Shown piece by piece: positions 9,493-18,486 of a DNA stretch of 64,000 bases (the stretch's first letter is position 1; every line of letters starts with the position of its first letter). The position numbers and the translations under genes are program-made. The notes beneath the pieces were generated by a model, which saw nothing but the letters and a program-made list of their open reading frames with translations, made no database searches and was not told the DNA's origin. This DNA is from Akkermansia muciniphila (GTDB taxonomy: Bacteria > Verrucomicrobiota > Verrucomicrobiia > Limisphaerales > UBA9464): positions 66,597 through 130,596 of the forward strand of contig CAMDDW010000002.1 in assembly GCA_945893185.1 (NCBI GenBank), in the 5' to 3' direction.

Positions 9493-11481
9493 TTATAGGT
9501 CTCCGCAGCACTGATTGTGGGCCCCAGGGGCATCTAAGTGTTCCTCCGAGCAAGAGGCGTTGGACTCCGACTCCGCTTTGGATGGGGCTGCCATCATTCG
9601 TTTGAGGAAGAGACTCAAGACCGAGACATCGGCAGGGGTGACCCCGCTGATGCGGCCAGCCTGACCTAAGGAGGTGGGCCTAATCGACTGGAGCTTTGAT
9701 CGGGCCTCGATCCGTAGGCTGGGTACTTGTCGATAGTCTAAAGTCGTCGGGATGCCTTGATTCTCCCAAAGACGCAGTCGTTGGACTTCAGCCTCTTGGC
9801 GATCTATGTAACCGGCATACTTGAGAGTGATTTGGACCTGTAGAGTGACTTCGTCGGGCAGATCGGTTCTGAGACCGGGCAATGTGCTGTACTCCACTTC
9901 GGGCCGCTTGAGGAGGTCAGACAGGAGGTCCTGACCATGCCGGGTCGTTTGAAGCCGACGGACTTCTTCCTGAATTGAGAGAAGTTTGGAGGAGAATTGA
10001 TCAAAGTGGCGCTGAGGTAGCAAACCGATGTCCCGACCGATCGGGCTCAGGCGTTGGTCGGCGTTGTCTTGACGCAGGAGGAGGCGGTATTCGGCTCGGC
10101 TGGTGAACATCCGGTAAGGTTCCAAGGTGCCTTTGGTGACGAGATCGTCGATGAGAACCCCAATGTAGGCCTGATCTCGTCGGAGGACGATCGGGTCCTT
10201 GGCTTGGACTCGTCGGGCCGCATTGATGCCGGCCAGGATTCCTTGGGCTGCGGCTTCCTCGTAACCGGATGTGCCATTAATTTGGCCTGCTAGGAAGAGA
10301 TTCTGGCAGCAGCGGGTTTCTAAGCTGGGAGAGAGTTGGGTGGGATCAGAGAAGTCGTATTCGACCGCGTAGGCGGGCCGGAGGATTTCTGCCTGTTCGC
10401 AACCAACGATGGAATGGACCATTTCCACCTGAACTTCAAAGGGAAGGCAGGTCGAGAACCCGTTGACGTAGATTTCATCGGTGGCGATCCCCTCTGGTTC
10501 CAAGAAGATCTGATGTTTCGGTTTGTCGGCGAACCGGACGAATTTGTCCTCAATGCTCGGACAATAACGGGGTCCAACGCCCTCAATCACTCCTGAGTAC
10601 ATCGGGGACTTGTGCAAATTCTGCAGGATGATCTCCCGGGTGCGATCGGTGGTATGGGTGATGTAGCAGGGTTCTTGACCGCCATGTCGTGCTAAGATGG
10701 ATCCCGCAGGGTAGGGCCCAGGAGGAAGCGTGGAACTTCCAGTGCGATGTTCCACGTGGAACAATGGATCGTTCCAGAGGTCTTCCTTCCAATAAGTGAA
10801 CCAGGGAACCGGTTCATCCCCATATTGGGGCTCAGTTCGGGTGAAATCGATGGATTGACGGACCAATCGAGGGGGAGTTCCGGTCTTCAGTCGGCCTAAG
10901 CGGAGGCCCACCTCAGCCAAGGATCCCGAAAGGCCGGTGGCCGCCGATTCACCCGCACGACCGCCGGATTGCTGATTGGCCCCAATGTGCATGAGACCTC
11001 GCAGGAATGTCCCGGTAGTAACCACGACAGTTTCAGCGTGGAATTGAACCTCCAAGGCGGTTTCGACCCCATAGACGCGACCCTCTCGATGGAGCAAACG
11101 GACCGTTTGGCCTTGTTTGCAGTCTAAAAGGGGCTGGCGTTCACAGACCCACTTCAAACGAAACTGATAGGCCTTCTTGTCGCATTGCGCCCTAGGAGCC
11201 CATACCGAGGGACCCTTCTTCGTATTAAGCATTCGGAATTGGAGACCGCAGAGGTCGGTCGTCTTCCCCATCTCACCACCGAGAGCGTCTATTTCTCGGG
11301 CGAGGTGACCTTTGGCAAGCCCTCCAACGGCGGGATTGCAGGACATTTGCCCGATGGTGTCCAAATTGATGGTCAACAGGAGGGTTTTGCAGCCCATCCG
11401 CGAGGCAGCCAAGGCCGCTTCCACTCCAGCATGGCCAGCTCCCACCACAATGACATCATACCGCTTAGGATAGACGAACAT
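9493..11481 (-). CDS. mnmG: tRNA uridine 5-carboxymethylaminomethyl modification enzyme MnmG (GidA)
   Basis: YDVIVVGAGHAGVEAALAASRMG, GQMSCNPAVGGLAKGHLAREIDALGG, GPRYCPSIEDK, LFLAGQINGTSGYEEAAAQG. Full length, with a short Cys-containing C-terminal tail. Confidence 0.95.
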   Translation of the reverse strand: MFVYPKRYDVIVVGAGHAGVEAALAASRMGCKTLLLTINLDTIGQMSCNPAVGGLAKGHLAREIDALGGEMGKTTDLCGLQFRMLNTKKGPSVWAPRAQCDKKAYQFRLKWVCERQPLLDCKQGQTVRLLHREGRVYGVETALEVQFHAETVVVTTGTFLRGLMHIGANQQSGGRAGESAATGLSGSLAEVGLRLGRLKTGTPPRLVRQSIDFTRTEPQYGDEPVPWFTYWKEDLWNDPLFHVEHRTGSSTLPPGPYPAGSILARHGGQEPCYITHTTDRTREIILQNLHKSPMYSGVIEGVGPRYCPSIEDKFVRFADKPKHQIFLEPEGIATDEIYVNGFSTCLPFEVQVEMVHSIVGCEQAEILRPAYAVEYDFSDPTQLSPSLETRCCQNLFLAGQINGTSGYEEAAAQGILAGINAARRVQAKDPIVLRRDQAYIGVLIDDLVTKGTLEPYRMFTSRAEYRLLLRQDNADQRLSPIGRDIGLLPQRHFDQFSSKLLSIQEEVRRLQTTRHGQDLLSDLLKRPEVEYSTLPGLRTDLPDEVTLQVQITLKYAGYIDRQEAEVQRLRLWENQGIPTTLDYRQVPSLRIEARSKLQSIRPTSLGQAGRISGVTPADVSVLSLFLKRMMAAPSKAESESNASCSEEHLDAPGAHNQCCGDL

Positions 11482-11920
11482 CCCGGGAGGGTAGTGATTT
11501 CTTCCTAATCAGCAATCTTAGGGCGAGGCAGTCCTTCGATTCTAATGTTCCACGTGGAACAGTGCGAAGAAGCGAAGTTGAGGCGGACACTCGGGTAAAA
11601 GCTAAAACCTTGATTATGACGAGAAATCACCACAAAACAGGGTTAAATGAATAAAAATAACGATAACGAAACAAATTTCACAGAAAATCCGAGATGAAAA
11701 ATCTTAGAACAACGGCAGAGCAGAAGGTAGTCCGTCCCTGATTCCAAAGGTCGCTCTGCAACCGGCAGCAGGAATTTGTGGTTAAGAGAAGCCGTCGAAA
11801 GGGTCCATTAACGGAATTGGAGCTCGGGTCGGATTCAAGAAATTCAAACCGTTAATTTAGATCTTGCCATTAAGGGTTAGATACGATCTATTCCCCCTGA
11901 AATACTCATACAAGAACTCT

Positions 11921-12220
11921 ATGAAACTGATCCTCGCTGTTGCGGTTCTGGCCGCCATGTCCACCGCAACCTTCGCCAAGGAAGTGACCCTAACGGGCGA
12001 AGGCAAGTGCCTGAAGTGCGCCCTCAAGAAGGCCGACAAGTGCCAGAACGTCGTCGAAGTCAAAGAGGGCGACCATACCACCACCTACAAGTTGACCGGT
12101 GATGTCTCCAAGGGTTTCCACAAGGAAATCTGCAGCGAGACCAAGAAGGTTAAAGTGACCGGAACCTTGGACAAGGAACACAGTGAGTTGGCCGTGACCA
12201 AGATCGAGGCCGTCAAGTAA
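11921..12220 (+). CDS. small secreted Cys-containing protein of unknown function
   Basis: Signal peptide MKLILAVAVLAAMSTATFA|KE. The mature part of about 80 aa is Lys-rich with GKCLKCALKKADKCQ ... HKEIC. A strong intrinsic terminator follows. Confidence 0.5.
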   Translation: MKLILAVAVLAAMSTATFAKEVTLTGEGKCLKCALKKADKCQNVVEVKEGDHTTTYKLTGDVSKGFHKEICSETKKVKVTGTLDKEHSELAVTKIEAVK

Positions 12221-12263
12221 TAGACCTTTAAGAAGGGGCTGGCCGTAATTCCAGCTCGAAGAC

Positions 12264-12291
12264 AAACCCGCCTGATTCAGGCGGGTTTTTT
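12264..12291 (+). terminator. rho-independent terminator
   Basis: AAACCCGCC-tgattca-GGCGGGTTT (9-bp perfect stem) followed by a T-run, 44 nt after the stop at 12220. Confidence 0.75.
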
Positions 12292-12323
12292 ATTGTGCGC
12301 CCGGCAGGGTTATTGAGCGCCCT

Positions 12324-12400
12324 GTTGGGCTCATGTTGGGCTCATGTTGGGCTCAGGTTGGGCTCAGGTTGGGCTCATGTTGGGCTCATGTTGGGCTCAG
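12324..12400. repeat. 11-bp tandem repeat, 7 copies (GTTGGGCTCAK)
   Basis: Read directly. The copies end T,T,G,G,T,T,G at the last position and are otherwise identical. Confidence 0.95.
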
Positions 12401-12505
12401 TTTCCAACACCGCTTAAGGAGCATTGCACCGAAAAGGGAGCGATTTTGTCTCTATCAGCGCAGTTTGTCAGCGCTCAAAAAGGGCCCAAAAACGGGCTAA
12501 AAATA

Positions 12506-12579
12506 TGGTTGGCCAACATGGATTCGAACCATGACTAAGGGCGTCAAAGGCCCCTGTGCTACCATTACACCATCGGCCA
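12506..12579 (-). tRNA. tRNA-Gln (anticodon UUG), CCA encoded
   Basis: Manual cloverleaf on the minus strand: TGGCCGA TG GTGT AATGGTA GCAC A GGGGC CTTTGAC GCCCT TAGT CATGG TTCGAAT CCATG TTGGCCA A CCA. All stems pair, the anticodon loop is C-U-UUG-A-C, and the U1-A72 pair is typical of bacterial tRNA-Gln. Confidence 0.85.
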
Positions 12580-12663
12580 ACAGCGGTGCGAGTCTAGGAC
12601 GGGTCCTTCCTGGCTGAAAGTGAATTCCACAGGGGACGACCGGCTCTGATCAGTTTTTACTGG

Positions 12664-13806
12664 TTGGCGACAAGGTGTCGCCAATCAGAAAACCCTGGGT
12701 TAACCTTGAATCCCATTAGTCCGTCCGACAGCCCATCTGAGGTGGTTCCGAGTTCGCCGGCTAAGCCGCCCATCATCAGGCGATGGTCCCGGTTGTCGTT
12801 GATTGCTGCCGTTTTGTCGGCGCCCGCCTTCGGGATTCTCCTCATCGTCCCCGGATGGCTGTTTCAGCGGATGATGGCGATGGATATGGACGGCTTAGGG
12901 CCGGTGGTCCTAACGCTTTTCGCAGCAGTATGGGTTGGTTTTATTGGGTCGATCTTCGGCGGGCTGGCACTGCGGCGGCTCCAAGGCTCGGATCCTGAGC
13001 GCCGCGGCCGGGCTTGGGCGGTATTCGCAACGGCCGGTATTCGGGGTCTATTGATGGCAATTGGTGGCACTCTAGGTTCCGTGGTCTTAGGCCGCGGGGG
13101 CGAAGAAGGGGGTGATCCGGAGTTTTTCAAGTCACGGTGGATTGCCGGGTTAGCTCTCACCCTCCTGTTGAGTGGGGTGTACCTTCGCTCTCGTCGTCGC
13201 GGCGTTCAGAAACCTCGACGGGGACGCGGTTGGTGGGCCTTCGCCGGGGGATTACTGCTGCACCTAGCCCTCATAGCAGCCCTGCCGTTTTCCATGTTCC
13301 AGGCGTGGGTCACATTCCACCCGGAAATCGTCCGAGGAGGCGGTCAGCACCGGCGTTATGAAGGTCCGCAGGAACCCGGCCTTTTTGCGCAGCGTCAATT
13401 GCGCCTAAAACCAGTGGCCGGGAAGCCAACGACGGTGGTTCTCAGGTTCTGGGAAAATGGGAAGCCTCGTGAGTTGGGGCGGCGGGTGGTCAAAGACGCC
13501 TCCGCCTTGGAATGGCGGCTGATCGAGGGCTCCGGTTCGACTCAAGGACTTAGTCTGCGCTGGAGCAAACCAGCCATCACGCCCGCTGAAACGTGGCCAC
13601 TGGCCTTGCCGGCCGGAGTTGAACTCACGCCGGTGCTCGAACCGCAGAGCCTGACGTTGAATCCGGGAACGAAGACCAACGTGTGGATCTTCCAGAATTT
13701 CGATCAACCGCTTGTGACCCCGGCCATCGCCAGTCCGGATTGGGCGGTCGAAGTCCTTCTGGAATCGGGATCCCAATCCCCGGGAAGAATCTTTCAAAAA
13801 GATTAG
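12664..13806 (+). CDS. hypothetical multi-pass membrane protein
   Basis: Several hydrophobic segments in the first 220 aa, then a soluble C-terminal region. No recognisable motif. Start uncertain: the ORF opens at TTG 12664 and a GTG at 12742 is an alternative. Confidence 0.4.
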   Translation: MATRCRQSENPGLTLNPISPSDSPSEVVPSSPAKPPIIRRWSRLSLIAAVLSAPAFGILLIVPGWLFQRMMAMDMDGLGPVVLTLFAAVWVGFIGSIFGGLALRRLQGSDPERRGRAWAVFATAGIRGLLMAIGGTLGSVVLGRGGEEGGDPEFFKSRWIAGLALTLLLSGVYLRSRRRGVQKPRRGRGWWAFAGGLLLHLALIAALPFSMFQAWVTFHPEIVRGGGQHRRYEGPQEPGLFAQRQLRLKPVAGKPTTVVLRFWENGKPRELGRRVVKDASALEWRLIEGSGSTQGLSLRWSKPAITPAETWPLALPAGVELTPVLEPQSLTLNPGTKTNVWIFQNFDQPLVTPAIASPDWAVEVLLESGSQSPGRIFQKD

Positions 13807-13954
13807 GCAGGCCCCGAGGCGGAACGATTTGCCGATGGATCCTCGTGCCTGGCTGCACCTTCTTCAGTCAGCGCTTCGTTGAGAGCTCGCTACGGGCCTC
13901 CAATTGGCCAGAACCTCGGTGTTGCCTCGTCTTGCGAAAGAGTTCGTCGCGCTA

Positions 13955-14446
13955 TCAATGACCTCCCAATGGAGTCGTTCCGGCTGACTTGCTGGAAACC
14001 TCCTCGATGGCTTTGAGGCAATACCACTTCACGGCTCCGCTCATGGGTGGATCCAGCTCCTCGAGCGCTTCGGGAGAACACCAACGGATGTCCCGATGCT
14101 CTTCGACCGCCAGGGTGAGCGAGCCACCGATGGGACGGGCAAAATAAATCATGCCGATGTGTTCATGGGTGGCATGAATGCGGTGGATATCGAGAAACCG
14201 CGGAGCAATGAGGGCCCGGGTACCGGGTTCGGTAGTGGGCGGTCGCTCGCCGAGAAGCTCGATTTCCAGACCGCTCTCCTCACGGGCCTCCCGCAAGGCC
14301 GCCTGCTCCGGGTCCTCGTCTAATTCGATGTGCCCGCCAAGCGGCAGCCATTTGCTGAGCTTACGGTGTAGAATGACGAGCACCTTCCGGTCCTGAACGA
14401 CGAAGAGGGCGACGGTGAAATCGATGTTTTCGTGGAGATGCGGCAT
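13955..14446 (-). CDS. NUDIX hydrolase
   Basis: Nudix box GGHIELDEDPEQAALREAREESGLE (Gx5Ex7REUxEExGU). Confidence 0.8.
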   Translation of the reverse strand: MPHLHENIDFTVALFVVQDRKVLVILHRKLSKWLPLGGHIELDEDPEQAALREAREESGLEIELLGERPPTTEPGTRALIAPRFLDIHRIHATHEHIGMIYFARPIGGSLTLAVEEHRDIRWCSPEALEELDPPMSGAVKWYCLKAIEEVSSKSAGTTPLGGH

Positions 14447-14684
14447 GAATGGGTGAAAGGATGCAGAGCGAGGGCAGATATAAAAGAGCGCACAGGTTTC
14501 GGATTTATCCGTGAGCTGGGTCCCAAGAGAGGCCGTTCAAGGCCCTATCGGAGCGATTTTATCCAAAGAGCGATGGGACGGTCGAGCGCCCGGTCGATTT
14601 GCTTCCATCGTAACCAGTGGCCGATGGCTGCGGTCAGCACTCATGTCTGGGGTTTTCTTGACTCCGCAATTTACAACGATAGCC

Positions 14685-15293
14685 ATGAAACGTTTGTCTC
14701 TCGCCTCCCTGTTGGCCATTTGTGGCCTGATTCTTTCCACCGCCACCGGGTCGCTCTTGGCCCAGAACGAGGCACCGGCCGCCCAACCGGGTGCACCGGG
14801 CGCACCGGGCGCTCCCGGTGGTCGCCAAGGTCGTGGCAACTGGGATCCCGAGCAAATGCGTCAACGCATGATGGAACGCGTTCGCGAGCAACTGGCCGTG
14901 AAAGATGATTCAGAATGGAGCGTCATTGAGTCTCGCATAAAGAAAATCAGCGACTCCCGATTTGGCGCGGGTCGAGGCTTGGGCGGCCCCGGAGGCCCCG
15001 GAGGTCAAGGCGGCCCTGGCGGCCCTGGAGGTCAAGCGGGCCAAGCCGGCCAAGGCGGTCAGGGTGGTCGTCAGGGACGCGGCGGTTTTGGGCAGGCTAA
15101 CCCGGATGCAGAGGTCTTGCAGACGGCCTTGGATTCCGGTGCCTCAGCCGATGATATTAAGGTCAAGCTGACGGCTTACCGCGCAGCGGCGAAGGTGAAG
15201 GAAGGGCAACTCGAGAAGGCTCAGGATGAACTCCGCCAACTTCTCTCCGTCAAGCAAGAGGCCCGTGCGGTATTGCTCGGCTTGCTGAAGTAA
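14685..15293 (+). CDS. secreted low-complexity (Gly/Pro/Gln-rich) protein with helical C-terminus
   Basis: Signal peptide MKRLSLASLLAICGLILSTATGSLLA|QN from the internal ATG at 14685. Contains PGAPGAPGAPGG and (GGPGGPGGQ)2-GQAGQGGQGG repeats. The upstream part of ORF 14511-15293 is discounted. Confidence 0.5.
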   Translation: MKRLSLASLLAICGLILSTATGSLLAQNEAPAAQPGAPGAPGAPGGRQGRGNWDPEQMRQRMMERVREQLAVKDDSEWSVIESRIKKISDSRFGAGRGLGGPGGPGGQGGPGGPGGQAGQAGQGGQGGRQGRGGFGQANPDAEVLQTALDSGASADDIKVKLTAYRAAAKVKEGQLEKAQDELRQLLSVKQEARAVLLGLLK

Positions 15294-15436
15294 ACGACAA
15301 ATCATGCGACGACCCCGGGAGGGGCACTTGACGGAAAGCGGGGAACCAGGCTTCTCCACGTTTCCTCGGGTGCCACCTCCCGGTCTTGTTCTCGTAGGAT
15401 TCCATTCCGACAATTGCTCCGTCATTTACCCGCACC

Positions 15437-17209
15437 ATGGCCGACGCCTCGACACCCACCCAAACGCTTCTCGATCGGATGATCGCCGAGCGGCAACTTT
15501 CTGCCGCCGATGCGTTGGCGTTTGTCCAGGCTCGGTTGCTCATAGGATCTTCAACCGCGGGGGGTGAGCATGCCACCGAGCGGGATGTTCTAGAATGGCT
15601 GAGCCACGAATATGGAGTGGGGTTTCTTCCCCTGGATTCGGTCGAGGCCGATCGTGAGGTGCTGGCGCTCTTCCCGGCTCGCATTCTACTGAAGGAAGAA
15701 TTGCTGCCGCTGCGCCGCGACAACGGTTCCATCGAGATTGCCAGTTGCCGTCTTTTTGCGACGCGGGGACTGGACACGCTCCGTTCACTCACTGGCCTCC
15801 GTCTCAAATTGGTTCTGTCGCCGCGGGAGGCGCTCCAGCGGGAGATGAAGAAAAACCTCGGAGTCGGAGCCGACACCATCGGCGCACTCGACGAGGAGAA
15901 ATCGGTCCAAGTCGTCGATGAAAACACCGAGGATTCCAACCTCGACGCCGGAGCCGAGGATGAAGCGTCGATCATTCGCTTCGTCAACCAAGTCCTTAAG
16001 GATGCCATTGAACTGCGCGCCTCCGACATCCATCTAGAACCCTTCGAGCACGAATTCCGCATCCGGTACCGCATAGACGGCGAGTTGCAGGAAATTCCGC
16101 TCCCGGCTCAGCTCAAGCAGTTCCAACCGGCCATCGTTTCGCGTGTCAAAATCCTCAGTCATCTGAACATCGCCGAGAAGCGCTTGCCTCAGGATGGGCG
16201 TATCAAGGTTCGGATCGAAGACACCGAGGTAGACATTCGTGTCTCGGTAATTCCGATGCTTCATGGCGAGGCGGTTGTCATGCGTCTTCTGCGACAGAAC
16301 TCGACCCTGAGGGGTCTGGCCCATATCGGTCTTGGAGACCGCGAGTTGGAGCGTTTTCAGAAGGTGCTAAATTTGCCACACGGCATAGTGCTGGTGACAG
16401 GCCCGACCGGCAGCGGCAAGACCTCGACTCTTTACACTGCCCTCAACGAGATCAACGACGAGGTCCGCAAGATCATCACGATCGAGGACCCTGTTGAATA
16501 TCAGCTCCGGGGCGTGAACCAGATCCAGGTTTCGGAGAAGGCCGGACTTACCTTTGCTCGTGGGTTGAGGTCGATCCTCCGCCACGATCCAGATGTCGTG
16601 CTCATCGGTGAAATCCGAGATCGAGAGACAGCGCAAATCGCGGTGCAGGCCTCACTGACCGGCCATTTGGTTTTCTCTACCCTGCACACCAACGATGCAC
16701 CCGGCGCTCTGACCCGCTTGGTAGATATGGGGGTCGAGCCGTACCTCGTGGCGTCGTCTCTCGAAGCCGTTCTAGCCCAGCGGTTGGTTCGAGTCTTGTG
16801 TCCTCATTGCAAGGTTCCCGACACCTCGGCTCATGCGAAATCCTTCCGATCCCGCATGGGCATTGCTCCAGAGGTCGAACTCTTTAAGGCCGTCGGATGC
16901 CGCGAATGCCGGCAAACTGGATTCTTCGGACGTCATGCCATCTTTGAATGGATGGACACCGATGAGAATATCCGTCGGCTGATTCTGGAAAATGGCTCAA
17001 CCGACCAAATTCGTTCGGCAGCCCGAACCTCCGGCATGCGAACATTGGCCGAGGACGGTTGGCGCTTGGTGGCTCAGGGTATCACCACCGTTGAAGAGGT
17101 CTTGAGCGTCACGACCGACAAGGAAACACCGCGATTTCAGGCTCCGGCCGATTCATGCGAAGCCACGGACCGAGCCCGAGTATCTGGGTCATCGGGTTCA
17201 CGAACCTGA
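15437..17209 (+). CDS. gspE: type II secretion / type IV pilus assembly ATPase (GspE/PilB family)
   Basis: N-terminal T2SSE_N-like domain, Walker A VTGPTGSGKTST, ITIEDPVEY, Asp/His boxes, and the tetracysteine motif CPHC...CRECRQTG. Confidence 0.9.
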   Translation: MADASTPTQTLLDRMIAERQLSAADALAFVQARLLIGSSTAGGEHATERDVLEWLSHEYGVGFLPLDSVEADREVLALFPARILLKEELLPLRRDNGSIEIASCRLFATRGLDTLRSLTGLRLKLVLSPREALQREMKKNLGVGADTIGALDEEKSVQVVDENTEDSNLDAGAEDEASIIRFVNQVLKDAIELRASDIHLEPFEHEFRIRYRIDGELQEIPLPAQLKQFQPAIVSRVKILSHLNIAEKRLPQDGRIKVRIEDTEVDIRVSVIPMLHGEAVVMRLLRQNSTLRGLAHIGLGDRELERFQKVLNLPHGIVLVTGPTGSGKTSTLYTALNEINDEVRKIITIEDPVEYQLRGVNQIQVSEKAGLTFARGLRSILRHDPDVVLIGEIRDRETAQIAVQASLTGHLVFSTLHTNDAPGALTRLVDMGVEPYLVASSLEAVLAQRLVRVLCPHCKVPDTSAHAKSFRSRMGIAPEVELFKAVGCRECRQTGFFGRHAIFEWMDTDENIRRLILENGSTDQIRSAARTSGMRTLAEDGWRLVAQGITTVEEVLSVTTDKETPRFQAPADSCEATDRARVSGSSGSRT

Positions 17210-17212
17210 CCC

Positions 17213-18472
17213 ATGCCGACCTTCACCTACCGAGCACTGCAAGCCAATGGGCAGATGGCCGATGGCATCGCTGATGCGGCCACCCGTTCTGAAGCCTTGC
17301 GAGTCATCGAGACTCGAGGCCTGCGTCCGGTCAGCGTCACCGAAGCCGGAGGAAGCGGAAATCGAACGGTCAAATCTGGCAAGGATTCGGCCGCCGGAAC
17401 CCAGGGTCTGGGCCGGTTGTCTTTTGGTGGTTCCAAGGTGAGCTCGGAAGAATTAGAGAATTTCACCCGGCTGCTCTCCAGCCTTCTCGCGGCCGGGGTG
17501 CCGTTGAGCCGGGCGCTGACCATCCTCGGTAAGGAGGCTTCGTCGCCGGTGGCCTCGGCGAAGTGGCGAGAAATCCACGGACTGGTAGTGGATGGCATGT
17601 CCCTGGCCAACGCCATGGCCCGATCCCCAGAAACCTTCCCGAAGGTTTACACGGCGATGGTCGAGGCCGGTGAGGCCGGTGGATTTCTTGACGTTGTCCT
17701 GGCGCAAATCGCTGACTTCCAGTCCCGGGAAAAGGAGCTCCGCTCAAAGGTGCTCACGGCAATGATCTACCCAGCGGTTCTGCTGCTGATGGCCGCGGTG
17801 GTGCTGAGCGTGCTGCTGGTCTTTTTCATTCCTAAATTCCAGAAAGTCTTCGCCAGCGTGAAGGGCGGCTTGCCCCTCATTACCCAGATCATTATCGCCA
17901 CCAGCGACATCCTACGTTCTTACGGGGTGTTGGTGTTGATCGGGTTGGTACTCGGTAGTTTCTTTTTGAAAACCTGGATCGTCTCGCCAGCAGGCCGGCG
18001 CATTTGGGAAGGGCTGACTTTGAAGGCGCCGGTCGTGGGTCCGCTCAGTGCCCGATTTGCTATGGCGCGTTTTTGCCGAATGCTGGGAACCTTAATTGGG
18101 GCGGATGTCCAATTGGTTCAGGCACTAAATGTGGCCCGTCGTTCGATCGGCAACCAAATCCTGGTCGATGCCGTGGCTCGTTCGATCGACCAGGTGCAGC
18201 AGGGTGGACGTCTCGGCCAAAGTTTGGCGGAGTGCCCCACCCTCTTCAGTGGGGCCGTAATGGAGATGATCTCGGTGGCGGAAGAGAGTGGGCGACTGGA
18301 TGTCGAACTCATCCGCATCGCCAACGTCACGGAGAGTGAATTAGACCGACGTCTTAAAACTGCGGTGGCCTTGGCCGAGCCGCTGATACTCTTTCTGATC
18401 GCCGGTTTTATCGGCTTCATCTTTATCGGTATGCTGCTTCCGGTTTTCTCGCTGCAAGACTACATCAAGTAA
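17213..18472 (+). CDS. gspF: type II secretion platform protein (GspF/PilC family)
   Basis: 419 aa with two T2SSF repeats (LSSLLAAGVPLSRAL ..., CRMLGTLIGADVQLVQAL ...) and three TM segments. Starts 3 nt after gspE. Confidence 0.9.
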   Translation: MPTFTYRALQANGQMADGIADAATRSEALRVIETRGLRPVSVTEAGGSGNRTVKSGKDSAAGTQGLGRLSFGGSKVSSEELENFTRLLSSLLAAGVPLSRALTILGKEASSPVASAKWREIHGLVVDGMSLANAMARSPETFPKVYTAMVEAGEAGGFLDVVLAQIADFQSREKELRSKVLTAMIYPAVLLLMAAVVLSVLLVFFIPKFQKVFASVKGGLPLITQIIIATSDILRSYGVLVLIGLVLGSFFLKTWIVSPAGRRIWEGLTLKAPVVGPLSARFAMARFCRMLGTLIGADVQLVQALNVARRSIGNQILVDAVARSIDQVQQGGRLGQSLAECPTLFSGAVMEMISVAEESGRLDVELIRIANVTESELDRRLKTAVALAEPLILFLIAGFIGFIFIGMLLPVFSLQDYIK

Positions 18473-18486
18473 TTCCTTCTGACCTC

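Noticed and set aside
12344-12538. 64-aa ORF spanning the 11-bp microsatellite
   Set aside because: It translates the repeat (MLGSGWAQVGLMLGSCWAQ...) and runs into the tRNA-Gln gene on the opposite strand. It is almost certainly non-coding.
12580-13954. Integrated mobile element at tRNA-Gln
   Set aside because: No integrase, transposase or phage gene, and I could find no repeat of the tRNA 3' end. Kept only as a low-interest note.
15250-16074. 274-aa ORF antisense to the 5' part of gspE and the upstream intergenic region
   Set aside because: Ser/Arg-rich antisense frame, while gspE on the plus strand is unambiguous.
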